64,000 bases of DNA, from contig CAXKVF010000090.1 of NCBI GenBank assembly GCA_964057225.1, positions 1 through 64,000 of the forward strand, given 5' to 3'. Position 1 is the first letter of the stretch, and each line of letters opens with the position of its first letter. The DNA comes from Auanema rhodensis (Eukaryota; Animalia; Nematoda). Positions 15,001 to 30,000 of the stretch are shown here, one piece after another. Under the pieces are notes generated by a model. That model saw only the letters and a program-made list of their open reading frames with translations, was not told where the DNA came from and ran no database searches. The position numbers and the translations under genes are program-made.

Positions 15001-18000
15001 GTGCACTTGGTATGTAACTCGCTTCACGTGAAAGATAAAGAGATGCGGTTTTCAAAATTAGATTCCCCATGTCCATATTAGTCTAAAAACAAATTTTTAT
15101 TGATATTGGTGCTTGGTAACCATGACTTTGAATTTTACGTGAATTTTAATTTATGCTAATTAAATGTACACGTGATGTGCACTTGGTATGTAACTCGCTA
15201 CACGTGAAAGATAAAGAGATGCGGTTTTCAAAATTAGATTCCCCATGTCCATATTAGTCTAAATACAAATTTTTATTGATATTGGTGCATGGTAACCATG
15301 ACTTTGAAATTTACGTGAACTTTAATTTATGCTAATTAAATGTACACGTGATGTGCACTTGGTATGTAACTCGCTTCACGTGAAAGATAAAGAGATGCGG
15401 TTTTCAAAATTAGATTCCCCATGTCCATATTAGTCTAAAAACAAATTTTTATTGATATTGGTTCATGGTAACCATGACTTTGAAATTTACGTGAACTTTA
15501 ATTTATGCTAATTAAATGTACACGTGATGTGCACTTGGTATGTAACTCGCTTCACGTGAAAGATAAAGAGATGCGGTTTTCAAAATTAGATTCCCCATGT
15601 CCATATTAGTCTAAATACAAATTTTTATTGATATTGGTGCATGGTAACCATGACTTTGAAATTTACGTGAACTTTAATTTATGCTAATTAAATGTACACG
15701 TGATGTGCACTTGGTATGTAACTCGCTTCACGTGAAAGATAAAGAGATGCGGTTTTCAAAATTAGATTCCCCATGTCCATATTAGTCTAAATACAAATTT
15801 TTATTGATATTGGTGCATGGTAACCATGACTTTGAAATTTACGTGAACTTTAATTTATGCTAATTAAATGTACACGTGATGTGCACTTGGTATGTAACTC
15901 GCTTCACGTGAAAGATAAAGAGATGCGGTTTTCAAAATTAGATTCCCCATGTCCATATTAGTCTAAAAACAAATTTTTATTGATATTGGTTCATGGTAAC
16001 CATGACTTTGAAATTTACGTGAACTTTAATTTATGCTAATTTAATGTACACGTGATGTGCACTTGGTATGTAACTCGCTTCACGTGAAAGATAAAGAGAT
16101 GCGGTTTTCAAAATTAGATTCCCCATGTCCATATTAGTCTAAAAACAAATTTTTATTGATATTGGTGCATGGTAACCATGACTTTGAAATTTACGTGAAC
16201 TTTAATTTATGCTAATTAAATGTACACGTGATGTGCACTTGGTATGTAACTCGCTTCACGTGAAAGATAAAGAGATGCGGTTTTCAAAATTAGATTCCCC
16301 ATGTCCATATTAGTCTAAATACAAATTTTTATTGATATTGGTGCATGGTAACCATGACTTTGAAATTTACGTGAACTTTAATTTATGCTAATTAAATGTA
16401 CACGTGATGTGCACTTGGTATGTAACTCGCTTCACGTGAAAGATAAAGAGATGCGGTTTTCAAAATTAGATTCCCCATGTCCATATTAGTCTAAATACAA
16501 ATTTTTATTGATATTGGTGCATGGTAACCATGACTTTGAAATTTACGTGAACTTTAATTTATGCTAATTAAATGTACACGTGATGTGCACTTGGTATGTA
16601 ACTCGCTTCACGTGAAAGATAAAGAGATGCGGTTTTCAAAATTAGATTCCCCATGTCCATATTAGTCTAAAAACAAATTTTTATTGATATTGGTTCATGG
16701 TAACCATGACTTTGAAATTTACGTGAACTTTAATTTATGCTAATTAAATGTACACGTGATGTGCACTTGGTATGTAACTCGCTTCACGTGAAAGATAAAG
16801 AGATGCGGTTTTCAAAATTAGATTCCCCATGTCCATATTAGTCTAAAAACAAATTTTTATTGATATTGGTGCATGGTAACCATGACTTTGAAATTTACGT
16901 GAACTTTAATTTATGCTAATTAAATGTACACGTGATGTGCACTTGGTATGTAACTCGCTTCACGTGAAAGATAAAGAGATGCGGTTTTCAAAATTAGATT
17001 CCCCATGTCCATATTAGTCTAAATACAAATTTTTATTGATATTGGTGCATGGTAACCATGACTTTGAAATTTACGTGAACTTTAATTTATGCTAATTAAA
17101 TGTACACGTGATGTGCACTTGGTATGTAACTCGCTTCACGTGAAAGATAAAGAGATGCGGTTTTCAAAATTAGATTCCCCATGTCCATATTAGTCTAAAA
17201 ACAAATTTTTATTGATATTGGTTCATGGTAACCATGACTTTGAAATTTACGTGAACTTTAATTTATGCTAATTAAATGTACACGTGATGTGCACTTGGTA
17301 TGTAACTCGCTTCACGTGAAAGATAAAGAGATGCGGTTTTCAAAATTAGATTCCCCATGTCCATATTAGTCTAAAAACAAATTTTTATTGATATTGGTGC
17401 ATGGTAACCATGACTTTGAAATTTACGTGAACTTTAATTTATGCTAATTAAATGTACACGTGATGTGCACTTGGTATGTAACTCGCTTCACGTTAAAGAT
17501 AAAGAGATGCGGTTTTCAAAATTAGATTCCCCATGTCCATATTAGTCTAAAAACAAATTTTTATTGATATTGGTGCATGGTAACCATGACTTTGAAATTT
17601 ACGTGAACTTTAATTTATGCTAATTAAATGTACACGTGATGTGCACTTGGTATGTAACTCGCTACACGTGAAAGATAAAGAGATGCGGTTTTCAAAATTA
17701 GATTCCCCATGTCCATATTAGTCTAAATACAAATTTTTATTGATATTGGTGCATGGTAACCATGACTTTGAAATTTACGTGAACTTTAATTTATGCTAAT
17801 TAAATGTACACGTGATGTGCACTTGGTATGTAACTCGCTTCACGTGAAAGATAAAGAGATGCGGTTTTCAAAATTAGATTCCCCATGTCCATATTAGTCT
17901 AAAAACAAATTTTTATTGATATTGGTTCATGGTAACCATGACTTTGAAATTTACGTGAACTTTAATTTATGCTAATTAAATGTACACGTGATGTGCACTT

Positions 18001-21000
18001 GGTATGTAACTCGCTTCACGTGAAAGATAAAGAGATGCGGTTTTCAAAATTAGATTCCCCATGTCCATATTAGTCTAAATACAAATTTTTATTGATATTG
18101 GTGCATGGTAACCATGACTTTGAAATTTACGTGAACTTTAATTTATGCTAATTAAATGTACACGTGATGTGCACTTGGTATGTAACTCGCTTCACGTGAA
18201 AGATAAAGAGATGCGGTTTTCAAAATTAGATTCCCCATGTCCATATTAGTCTAAAAACAAATTTTTATTGATATTGGTTCATGGTAACCATGACTTTGAA
18301 ATTTACGTGAACTTTAATTTATGCTAATTAAATGTACACGTGATGTGCACTTGGTATGTAACTCGCTTCACGTGAAAGATAAAGAGATGCGGTTTTCAAA
18401 ATTAGATTCCCCATGTCCATATTAGTCTAAAAACAAATTTTTATTGATATTGGTGCATGGTAACCATGACTTTGAAATTTACGTGAACTTTAATTTATGC
18501 TAATTAAATGTACACGTGATGTGCACTTGGTATGTAACTCGCTTCACGTGAAAGATAAAGAGATGCGGTTTTCAAAATTAGATTCCCCATGTCCATATTA
18601 GTCTAAAAACAAATTTTTATTGATATTGGTGCATGGTAACCATGACTTTGAAATTTACGTGAACTTTAATTTATGCTAATTAAATGTACACGTGATGTGC
18701 ACTCGGTATGTAACTCGCTTCACGTGAAAGATAAAGAGATGCGGTTTTCAAAATTAGATTCCCCATGTCCATATTAGTCTAAAAACAAATTTTTATTGAT
18801 ATTGGTTCATGGTAACCATGACTTTGAAATTTACGTGAACTTTAATTTATGCTAATTAAATGTACACGTGATGTGCACTTGGTATGTAACTCGCTTCACG
18901 TGAAAGATAAAGAGATGCGGTTTTCAAAATTAGATTCCCCATGTCCATATTAGTCTAAAAACAAATTTTTATTGATATTGCTTCATGGTAACCATGACTT
19001 TGAAATTTACGTGAACTTTAATTTATGCTAATTAAATGTACACGTGATGTGCACTTGGTATGTAACTCGCTTCACGTGAAAGATAAAGAGATGCGGTTTT
19101 CAAAATTAGATTCCCCATGTCCATATTAGTCTAAAAACGAATTTTTATTGATATTGCTTCATGGTAACCATGACTTTGAAATTTACGTGAACTTTAATTT
19201 ATGCTAATCAAATGTACACGTGATGTGCACTTGGTATGTAACTCGCTTCACGTGAAAGATAAAGAGATGCGGTTTTCAAAATTAGATTCCCCATGTCCAT
19301 ATTAGTCTAAAAACAAATTTTTATTGATATTGGTTCATGGTAACCATGACTTTGAAATTTACGTGAACTTTAATTTATGCTAATTAAATGTACACGTGAT
19401 GTGCACTTGGTATGTAACTCGCTTCACGTGAAAGATAAAGAGATGCGGTTTTCAAAATTAGATTCCCCATGTCCATATTAGTCTAAAAACAAATTTTTAT
19501 TGATATTGCTTCATGGTAACCATGACTTTGAAATTTACGTGAACTTTAATTTATGCTAATTAAATGTACACGTGATGTGCACTTGGTATGTAACTCGCTT
19601 CACGTGAAAGATAAAGAGATGCGGTTTTCAAAATTAGATTCCCCATGTCCATATTAGTCTAAAAACAAATTTTTATTGATATTGGTGCATGGTAACCATG
19701 ACTTTGAAATTTACGTGAACTTTAATTTATGCTAATTAAATGTACACGTGATGTGCACTTGGTATGTAACTCGCTTCACGTGAAAGATAAAGAGATGCGG
19801 TTTTCAAAATTAGATTCCCCATGTCCATATTAGTCTAAAAACAAATTTTTATTGATATTGGTGCATGGTAACCATGACTTTGAAATTTACGTGAACTTTA
19901 ATTTATGCTAATTAAATGTACACGTGATGTGCACTCGGTATGTAACTCGCTTCACGTGAAAGATAAAGAGATGCGGTTTTCAAAATTAGATTCCCCATGT
20001 CCATATTAGTCTAAAAACAAATTTTTATTGATATTGGTTCATGGTAACCATGACTTTGAAATTTACGTGAACTTTAATTTATGCTAATTAAATGTACACG
20101 TGATGTGCACTTGGTATGTAACTCGCTTCACGTGAAAGATAAAGAGATGCGGTTTTCAAAATTAGATTCCCCATGTCCATATTAGTCTAAAAACAAATTT
20201 TTATTGATATTGCTTCATGGTAACCATGACTTTGAAATTTACGAGAACTTTAATTTATGCTAATTAAATGTACACGTGATGTGCACTTGGTATGTAACTC
20301 GCTTCACGTGAAAGATAAAGAGATGCGGTTTTCAAAATTAGATTCCCCATGTCCATATTAGTCTAAAAACGAATTTTTATTGATATTGCTTCATGGTAAC
20401 CATGACTTTGAAATTTACGTGAACTTTAATTTATGCTAATTAAATGTACACGTGATGTGCACTTGGTATGTAACTCGCTTCACGTGAAAGATAAAGAGAT
20501 GCGGTTTTCAAAATTAGATTCCCCATGTCCATATTAGTCTAAAAACAAATTTTTATTGATATTGGTTCATGGTAACCATGACTTTGAAATTTACGTGAAC
20601 TTTAATTTATGCTAATTAAATGTACACGTGATGTGCACTTGGTATGTAACTCGCTTCACGTGAAAGATAAAGAGATGCGGTTTTCAAAATTAGATTCCCC
20701 ATGTCCATATTAGTCTAAAAACAAATTTTTATTGATATTGGTTCATGGTAACCATGACTTTGAAATTTACGTGAACTTTAATTTATGCTAATTAAATGTA
20801 CACGTGATGTGCACTTGGTATGCAACTCGCTTCACGTGAAAGATAAAGAGATGCGGTTTCCAAAATTAGATTCCCCATGTCCATATTAGTCTAAAAACAA
20901 ATTTTTATTGATATTGCTTCATGGTAACCATGACTTTGAAATTTACGTGAACTTTAATTTATGCTAATTAAATGTACACGTGATGTGCACTTGGTATGTA

Positions 21001-24000
21001 ACTCGCTTCACGTGAAAGATAAAGAGATGCGGTTTTCAAAATTAGATTCCCCATGTCCATATTAGTCTAAAAACGAATTTTTATTGATATTGCTTCATGG
21101 TAACCATGACTTTGAAATTTACGTGAACTTTAATTTATGCTAATTAAATGTACACGTGATGTGCACTTGGTATGTAACTCGCTTCACGTGAAAGATAAAG
21201 AGATGCGGTTTTCAAAATTAGATTCCCCATGTCCATATTAGTCTAAAAACAAATTTTTATTGATATTGGTTCATGGTAACCATGACTTTGAAATTTACGT
21301 GAACTTTAATTTATGCTAATTAAATGTACACGTGATGTGCACTTGGTATGTAACTCGCTTCACGTGAAAGATAAAGAGATGCGGTTTTCAAAATTAGATT
21401 CCCCATGTCCATATTAGTCTAAAAACAAATTTTTATTGATATTGGTTCATGGTAACCATGACTTTGAAATTTACGTGAACTTTAATTTATGCTAATTAAA
21501 TGTACACGTGATGTGCACTTGGTATGTAACTCGCTTCACGTGAAAGATAAAGAGATGCGGTTTTCAAAATTAGATTCCCCATGTCCATATTAGTCTAAAA
21601 ACAAATTTTTATTGATATTGGTTCATGGTAACCATGACTTTGAAATTTACGTGAACTTTAATTTATGCTAATTAAATGTACACGTGATGTGCACTTGGTA
21701 TGTAACTCGCTTCACGTGAAAGATAAAGAGATGCGGTTTTCAAAATTAGATTCCCCATGTCCATATTAGTCTAAAAACAAATTTTTATTGATATTGGTGC
21801 ATGGTAACCATGACTTTGAAATTTACGTGAACTTTAATTTATGCTAATTAAATGTACACGTGATGTGCACTTGGTATGTAACTCGCTTCACGTGAAAGAT
21901 AAAGAGATGCGGTTTTCAAAATTAGATTCCCCATGTCCATATTAGTCTAAATACAAATTTTTATTGATATTGGTGCATGGTAACCATGACTTTGAAATTT
22001 ACGTGAACTTTAATTTATGCTAATTAAATGTACACGTGATGTGCACTTGGTATGTAACTCGCTTCACGTGAAAGATAAAGAGATGCGGTTCTCAAAATTA
22101 GATTCCCCATGTCCATATTAGTCTAAAAACAAATTTTTATCGATATTGGTTCATGGTAACCATGACTTTGAAATTTACGTGAACTTTAATTTATGCTAAT
22201 TAAATGTACACGTGATGTGCACTTGGTATGTAACTCGCTTCACGTGAAAGATAAAGAGATGCGGTTTTCAAAATTAGATTCCCCATGTCCATATTAGTCT
22301 AAAAACAAATTTTTATTGATATTGGTGCATGGTAACCATGACTTTGAAATTTACGTGAACTTTAATTTATGCTAATTAAATGTACACGTGATGTGCACTT
22401 GGTATGTAACTCGCTTCACGTGAAAGATAAAGAGATGCGGTTTTCAAAATTAGATTCCCCATGTCCATATTAGTCTAAAAACAAATTTTTATTGATATTG
22501 GTGCATGGTAACCATGACTTTGAAATTTACGTGAACTTTAATTTATGCTAATTAAATGTACACGTGATGTGCACTCGGTATGTAACTCGCTTCACGTGAA
22601 AGATAAAGAGATGCGGTTTTCAAAATTAGATTCCCCATGTCCATATTAGTCTAAAAACAAATTTTTATTGATATTGGTGCATGGTAACCATGACTTTGAA
22701 ATTTACGTGAACTTTAATTCATGCTAATTAAATGTACACGTGATGTGCACTTGGTATGTAACTCGCTTCACGTGAAAGATAAAGAGATGCGGTTTTCAAA
22801 ATTAGATTCCCCATGTCCATATTAGTCTAAAAACAAATTTTTATTGATATTACTTCATGGTAACCATGACTTTGAAATTTACGTGAACTTTAATTTATGC
22901 TAATTAAATGTACACGTGATGTGCACTTGGTATGTAACTCGCTTCACGTGAAAGATAAAGAGATGCGGTTTTCAAAATTAGATTCCCCATGTCCATATTA
23001 GTCTAAAAACAAATTTTTATTGATATTGCTTCATGGTAACCATGACTTTGAAATTTACGTGAACTTTAATTTATGCTAATTAAATGTACACGTGATGTGC
23101 ACTTGGTATGTAACTCGCTTCACGTGAAAGATAAAGAGATGCGGTTTTCAAAATTAGATTCCCCATGTCCATATTAGTCTAAAAACGAATTTTTATTGAT
23201 ATTGCTTCATGGTAACCATGACTTTGAAATTTACGTGAACTTTAATTTATGCTAATTAAATGTACACGTGATGTGCACTTGGTATGTAACTCGCTTCACG
23301 TGAAAGATAAAGAGATGCGGTTTTCAAAATTAGATTCCCCATGTCCATATTAGTCTAAAAACAAATTTTTATTGATATTGGTTCATGGTAACCATGACTT
23401 TGAAATTTACGTGAACTTTAATTTATGCTAATTAAATGTACACGTGATGTGCACTTGGTATGTAACTCGCTTCACGTGAAAGATAAAGAGATGCGGTTTT
23501 CAAAATTAGATTCCCCATGTCCATATTAGTCTAAAAACAAGTTTTTATTGATATTGGTGCATGGTAACCATGACTTTGAAATTTACGTGAACTTTAATTT
23601 ATGCTAATTAAATGTACACGTGATGTGCACTTGGTATGTAACTCGCTTCACGTGAAAGATAAAGAGATGCGGTTTTCAAAATTAGATTCCCCATGTCCAT
23701 ATTAGTCTAAAAACAAATTTTTATTGATATTGGTGCATGGTAACCATAACTTTGAAATTTACGTGAACTTTAATTTATGCTAATTAAATGTACACGTGAT
23801 GTGCACTTGGTATGTAACTCGCTTCACGTGAAAGATAAAGAGATGCGGTTTTCAAAATTAGATTCCCCATGTCCATATTAGTCTAAAAACAAATTTTTAT
23901 TGATATTGGTGCATGGTAACCATGACTTTGAAATTTACGTGAACTTTAATTTATGCTAATTAAATGTACACGTGATGTGCACTTGGTATGTAACTCGCTT

Positions 24001-27000
24001 CACGTGAAAGATAAAGAGATGCGGTTTTCAAAATTAGATTCCCCATGTCCATATTAGTCTAAAAACAAATTTTTATTGATATTGGTGCATGGTAACCATG
24101 ACTTTGAAATTTACGTGAACTTTAATTTATGCTAATTAAATGTACACGTGATGTGCACTTGGTATGTAACTCGCTTCACGTGAAAGATAAAGAGATGCGG
24201 TTTTCAAAATTAGATTCCCCATGTCCATATTAGTCTAAAAACAAATTTTTATTGATATTGGTTCATGGTAACCATGACTTTGAAATTTACGTGAACTTTA
24301 ATTTATGCTAATTAAATGTACACGTGATGTGCACTTGGTATGTAACTCGCTTCACGTGAAAGATAAAGAGATGCGGTTTTCAAAATTAGATTTCCCATGT
24401 CCATATTAGTCTAAAAACAAATTTTTATTGATATTGCTTCATGGTAACCATGACTTTGAAATTTACGTGAACTTTAATTTATGCTAATTAAATGTACACG
24501 TGATGTGCACTTGGTATGTAACTCGCTTCACGTGAAAGATAAAGAGATGCGGTTTTCAAAATTAGATTCCCCATGTCCATATTAGTCTAAAAACAAATTT
24601 TTATTGATATTGCTTCATGGTAACCATGACTTTGAAATTTACGTGAACTTTAATTTATGCTAAATAAATGTACACGTGATGTGCACTTGGTATGTAACTC
24701 GCTTCACGTGAAAGATAAAGAGATGCGGTTTTCAAAATTAGATTCCCCATGTCCATATTAGTCTAAAAACAAATTTTTATTGATATTGGTGCATGGTAAC
24801 CATAACTTTGAAATTTACGTGAACTTTAATTTATGCTAATTAAATGTACACGTGATGTGCACTTGGTATGTAACTCGCTTCACGTGAAAGATAAAGAGAT
24901 GCGGTTTTCAAAATTAGATTTCCCATGTCCATATTAGTCTAAAAACAAATTTTTATTGATATTGCTTCATGGTAACCATGACTTTGAAATTTACGTGAAC
25001 TTTAATTTATGCTAATTAAATGTACACGTGATGTGCACTTGGTATGTAACTCGCTTCACGTGAAAGATAAAGAGATGCGGTTTTCAAAATTAGATTCCCC
25101 ATGTCCATATTAGTCTAAAAACAAATTTTTATTGATATTGCTTCATGGTAACCATGACTTTGAAATTTACGTGAACTTTAATTTATGCTAAATAAATGTA
25201 CACGTGATGTGCACTTGGTATGTAACTCGCTTCACGTGAAAGATAAAGAGATGCGGTTTTCAAAATTAGATTCCCCATGTCCATATTAGTCTAAAAACAA
25301 ATTTTTATTGATATTGGTGCATGGTAACCATAACTTTGAAATTTACGTGAACTTTAATTTATGCTAATTAAATGTACACGTGATGTGCACTTGGTATGTA
25401 ACTCGCTTCACGTGAAAGATAAAGAGATGCGGTTTTCAAAATTAGATTCCCCATGTCCATATTAGTCTAAAAACAAATTTTTATTGATATTGGTGCATGG
25501 TAACCATGACTTTGAAATTTACGTGAACTTTAATTTATGCTAATTAAATGTACACGTGATGTGCACTTGGTATGTAACTCGCTTCACGTGAAAGATAAAG
25601 AGATGCGGTTTTCAAAATTAGATTCCCCATGTCCATATTAGTCTAAAAACAAATTTTTATTGATATTGGTGCATGGTAACCATGACTTTGAAATTTACGT
25701 GAACTTTAATTTATGCTAATTAAATGTACACGTGATGTGCACTTGGTATGTAACTCGCTTCACGTGAAAGATAAAGAGATGCGGTTTTCAAAATTAGATT
25801 CCCCATGTCCATATTAGTCTAAAAACAAATTTTTATTGATATTGGTTCATGGTAACCATGACTTTGAAATTTACGTGAACTTTAATTTATGCTAATTAAA
25901 TGTACACGTGATGTGCACTTGGTATGTAACTCGCTTCACGTGAAAGATAAAGAGATGCGGTTTTCAAAATTAGATTTCCCATGTCCATATTAGTCTAAAA
26001 ACAAATTTTTATTGATATTGCTTCATGGTAACCATGACTTTGAAATTTACGTGAACTTTAATTTATGCTAATTAAATGTACACGTGATGTGCACTTGGTA
26101 TGTAACTCGCTTCACGTGAAAGATAAAGAGATGCGGTTTTCAAAATTAGATTCCCCATGTCCATATTAGTCTAAAAACAAATTTTTATTGATATTGGTTC
26201 ATGGTAACCATGACTTTGAAATTTACGTGAACTTTAATTTATGCTAATTAAATGTACACGTGATGTGCACTTGGTATGTAACTCGCTTCACGTGAAAGAT
26301 AAAGAGATGCGGTTTTCAAAATTAGATTCCCCATGTCCATATTAGTCTAAAAACAACTTTTTATTGATATTGGTGCATGGTAACCATGACTTTGAAATTT
26401 ACGTGAACTTTAATTTATGCTAATTAAATGTACACGTGATGTGCACTTGGTATGTAACTCGCTTCACGTGAAAGATAAAGAGATGCGGTTTTCAAAATTA
26501 GATTCCCCATGTCCATATTAGTCTAAAAACAAATTTTTATTGATATTGGTGCATGGTAACCATGACTTTGAATTTTACGTGAACTTTAATTTATGCTAAT
26601 TAAATGTACACGTGATGTGCACTTGGTATGTAACTCGCTTCACGTGAAAGATAAAGAGATGCGGTTTTCAAAATTAGATTCCCCATGTCCATATTAGTCT
26701 AAAAACAAATTTTTATTGATATTGGTGCATGGTAACCATGACTTTGAAATTTACGTGAACTTTAATTTATGCTAATTAAATGTACACGTGATGTGCACTT
26801 GGTATGTAACTCGCTTCACGTGAAAGATAAAGAGATGCGGTTTTCAAAATTAGATTTCCCATGTCCATATTAGTCTAAAAACAAATTTTTATTGATATTG
26901 CTTCATGGTAACCATGACTTTGAAATTTACGTGAACTTTAATTTATGCTAATTAAATGTACACGTGATGTGCACTTGGTATGTAACTCGCTTCACGTGAA

Positions 27001-30000
27001 AGATAAAGAGATGCGGTTTTCAAAATTAGATTCCCCATGTCCATATTAGTCTAAAAACAAATTTTTATTGATATTGGTTCATGGTAACCATGACTTTGAA
27101 ATTTACGTGAACTTTAATTTATGCTAATTAAATGTACACGTGATGTGCACTTGGTATGTAACTCGCTTCACGTGAAAGATAAAGAGATGCGGTTTTCAAA
27201 ATTAGATTCCCCATGTCCATATTAGTCTAAAAACAACTTTTTATTGATATTGGTGCATGGTAACCATGACTTTGAAATTTACGTGAACTTTAATTTATGC
27301 TAATTAAATGTACACGTGATGTGCACTTGGTATGTAACTCGCTTCACGTGAAAGATAAAGAGATGCGGTTTTCAAAATTAGATTCCCCATGTCCATATTA
27401 GTCTAAAAACAAATTTTTATTGATATTGGTGCATGGTAACCATGACTTTGAATTTTACGTGAACTTTAATTTATGCTAATTAAATGTACACGTGATGTGC
27501 ACTTGGTATGTAACTCGCTTCACGTGAAAGATAAAGAGATGCGGTTTTCAAAATTAGATTCCCCATGTCCATATTAGTCTAAAAACAAATTTTTATTGAT
27601 ATTGGTGCATGGTAACCATGACTTTGAAATTTACGTGAACTTTAATTTATGCTAATTAAATGTACACGTGATGTGCACTTGGTATGTAACTCGCTTCACG
27701 TGAAAGATAAAGAGATGCGGTTTTCAAAATTAGATTCCCCATGTCCATATTAGTCTAAAAACAAATTTTTATTGATATTGGTTCATGGTAACCATGACTT
27801 TGAAATTTACGTGAACTTTAATTTATGCTAATTAAATGTACACGTGATGTGCACTTGGTATGTAACTCGCTTCACGTGAAAGATAAAGAGATGCGGTTTT
27901 CAAAATTAGATTCCCCATGTCCATATTAGTCTAAAAACAAATTTTTATTGATATTGGTGCATGGTAACCATGACTTTGAATTTTACGTGAACTTTAATTT
28001 ATGCTAATTAAATGTACACGTGATGTGCACTTGGTATGTAACTCGCTTCACGTGAAAGATAAAGAGATGCGGTTTTCAAAATTAGATTCCCCATGTCCAT
28101 ATTAGTCTAAAAACAAATTTTTATTGATATTGGTGCATGGTAACCATGACTTTGAAATTTACGTGAACTTTAATTTATGCTAATTAAATGTACACGTGAT
28201 GTGCACTTGGTATGTAACTCGCTTCACGTGAAAGATAAAGAGATGCGGTTTTCAAAATTAGATTCCCCATGTCCATATTAGTCTAAAAACAAATTTTTAT
28301 TGATATTGGTTCATGGTAACCATGACTTTGAAATTTACGTGAACTTTAATTTATGCTAATTAAATGTACACGTGATGTGCACTTGGTATGTAACTCGCTT
28401 CACGTGAAAGATAAAGAGATGCGGTTTTCAAAATTAGATTTCCCATGTCCATATTAGTCTAAAAACAAATTTTTATTGGTATTGCTTTATGGTAACCATG
28501 ACTTTGAAATTTACGTGAACTTTAATTTATGCTAATTAAATGTACACGTGATGTGCACTTGGTATGTAACTCGCTTCACGTGAAAGATAAAGAGATGCGG
28601 TTTTCAAAATTAGATTCCCCATGTCCATATTAGTCTAAAAACAAATTTTTATTGATATTGGTTCATGGTAACCATGACTTTGAAATTTACGTGAACTTTA
28701 ATTTATGCTAATTAAATGTACACGTGATGTGCACTTGGTATGTAACTCGCTTCACGTGAAAGATAAAGAGATGCGGTTTTCAAAATTAGATTCCCCATGT
28801 CCATATTAGTCTAAAAACAACTTTTTATTGATATTGGTGCATGGTAACCATGACTTTGAAATTTACGTGAACTTTAATTTATGCTAATTAAATGTACACG
28901 TGATGTGCACTTGGTATGTAACTCGCTTCACGTGAAAGATAAAGAGATGCGGTTTTCAAAATTAGATTCCCCATGTCCATATTAGTCTAAAAACAAATTT
29001 TTATTGATATTGGTGCATGGTAACCATGACTTTGAATTTTACGTGAACTTTAATTTATGCTAATTAAATGTACACGTGATGTGCACTTGGTATGTAACTC
29101 GCTTCACGTGAAAGATAAAGAGATGCGGTTTTCAAAATTAGATTCCCCATGTCCATATTAGTCTAAAAACAAATTTTTATTGATATTGGTGCATGGTAAC
29201 CATGACTTTGAAATTTACGTGAACTTTAATTTATGCTAATTAAATGTACACGTGATGTGCACTTGGTATGTAACTCGCTTCACGTGAAAGATAAAGAGAT
29301 GCGGTTTTCAAAATTAGATTCCCCATGTCCATATTAGTCTAAAAACAAATTTTTATTGATATTGGTGCATGGTAACCATGACTTTGAAATTTACGTGAAC
29401 TTTAATTTATGCTAATTAAATGTACACGTGATGTGCACTTGGTATGTAACTCGCTTCACGTGAAAGATAAAGAGATGCGGTTTTCAAAATTAGATTCCCC
29501 ATGTCCATATTAGTCTAAAAACAAATTTTTATTGATATTGGTTCATGGTAACCATGACTTTGAAATTTACGTGAACTTTAATTTATGCTAATTAAATGTA
29601 CACGTGATGTGCACTTGGTATGTAACTCGCTTCACGTGAAAGATAAAGAGATGCTGTTTTCAAAATTAGATTCCCCATGTCCATATTAGTCTAAAAACAA
29701 ATTTTTATTGATATTGGTGCATGGTAACCATGACTTTGAAATTTACGTGAACTTTAATTTATGCTAATTAAATGTACACGTGATGTGCACTTGGTATGTA
29801 ACTCGCTTCACGTGAAAGATAAAGAGATGCTGTTTTCAAAATTAGATTCCCCATGTCCATATTAGTCTAAAAACAAATTTTTATTGATATTGGTTCATGG
29901 TAACCATGACTTTGAAATTTACGTGAACTTTAATTTATGCTAATTAAATGTACACGTGATGTGCACTTGGTATGTAACTCGCTTCACGTGAAAGATAAAG

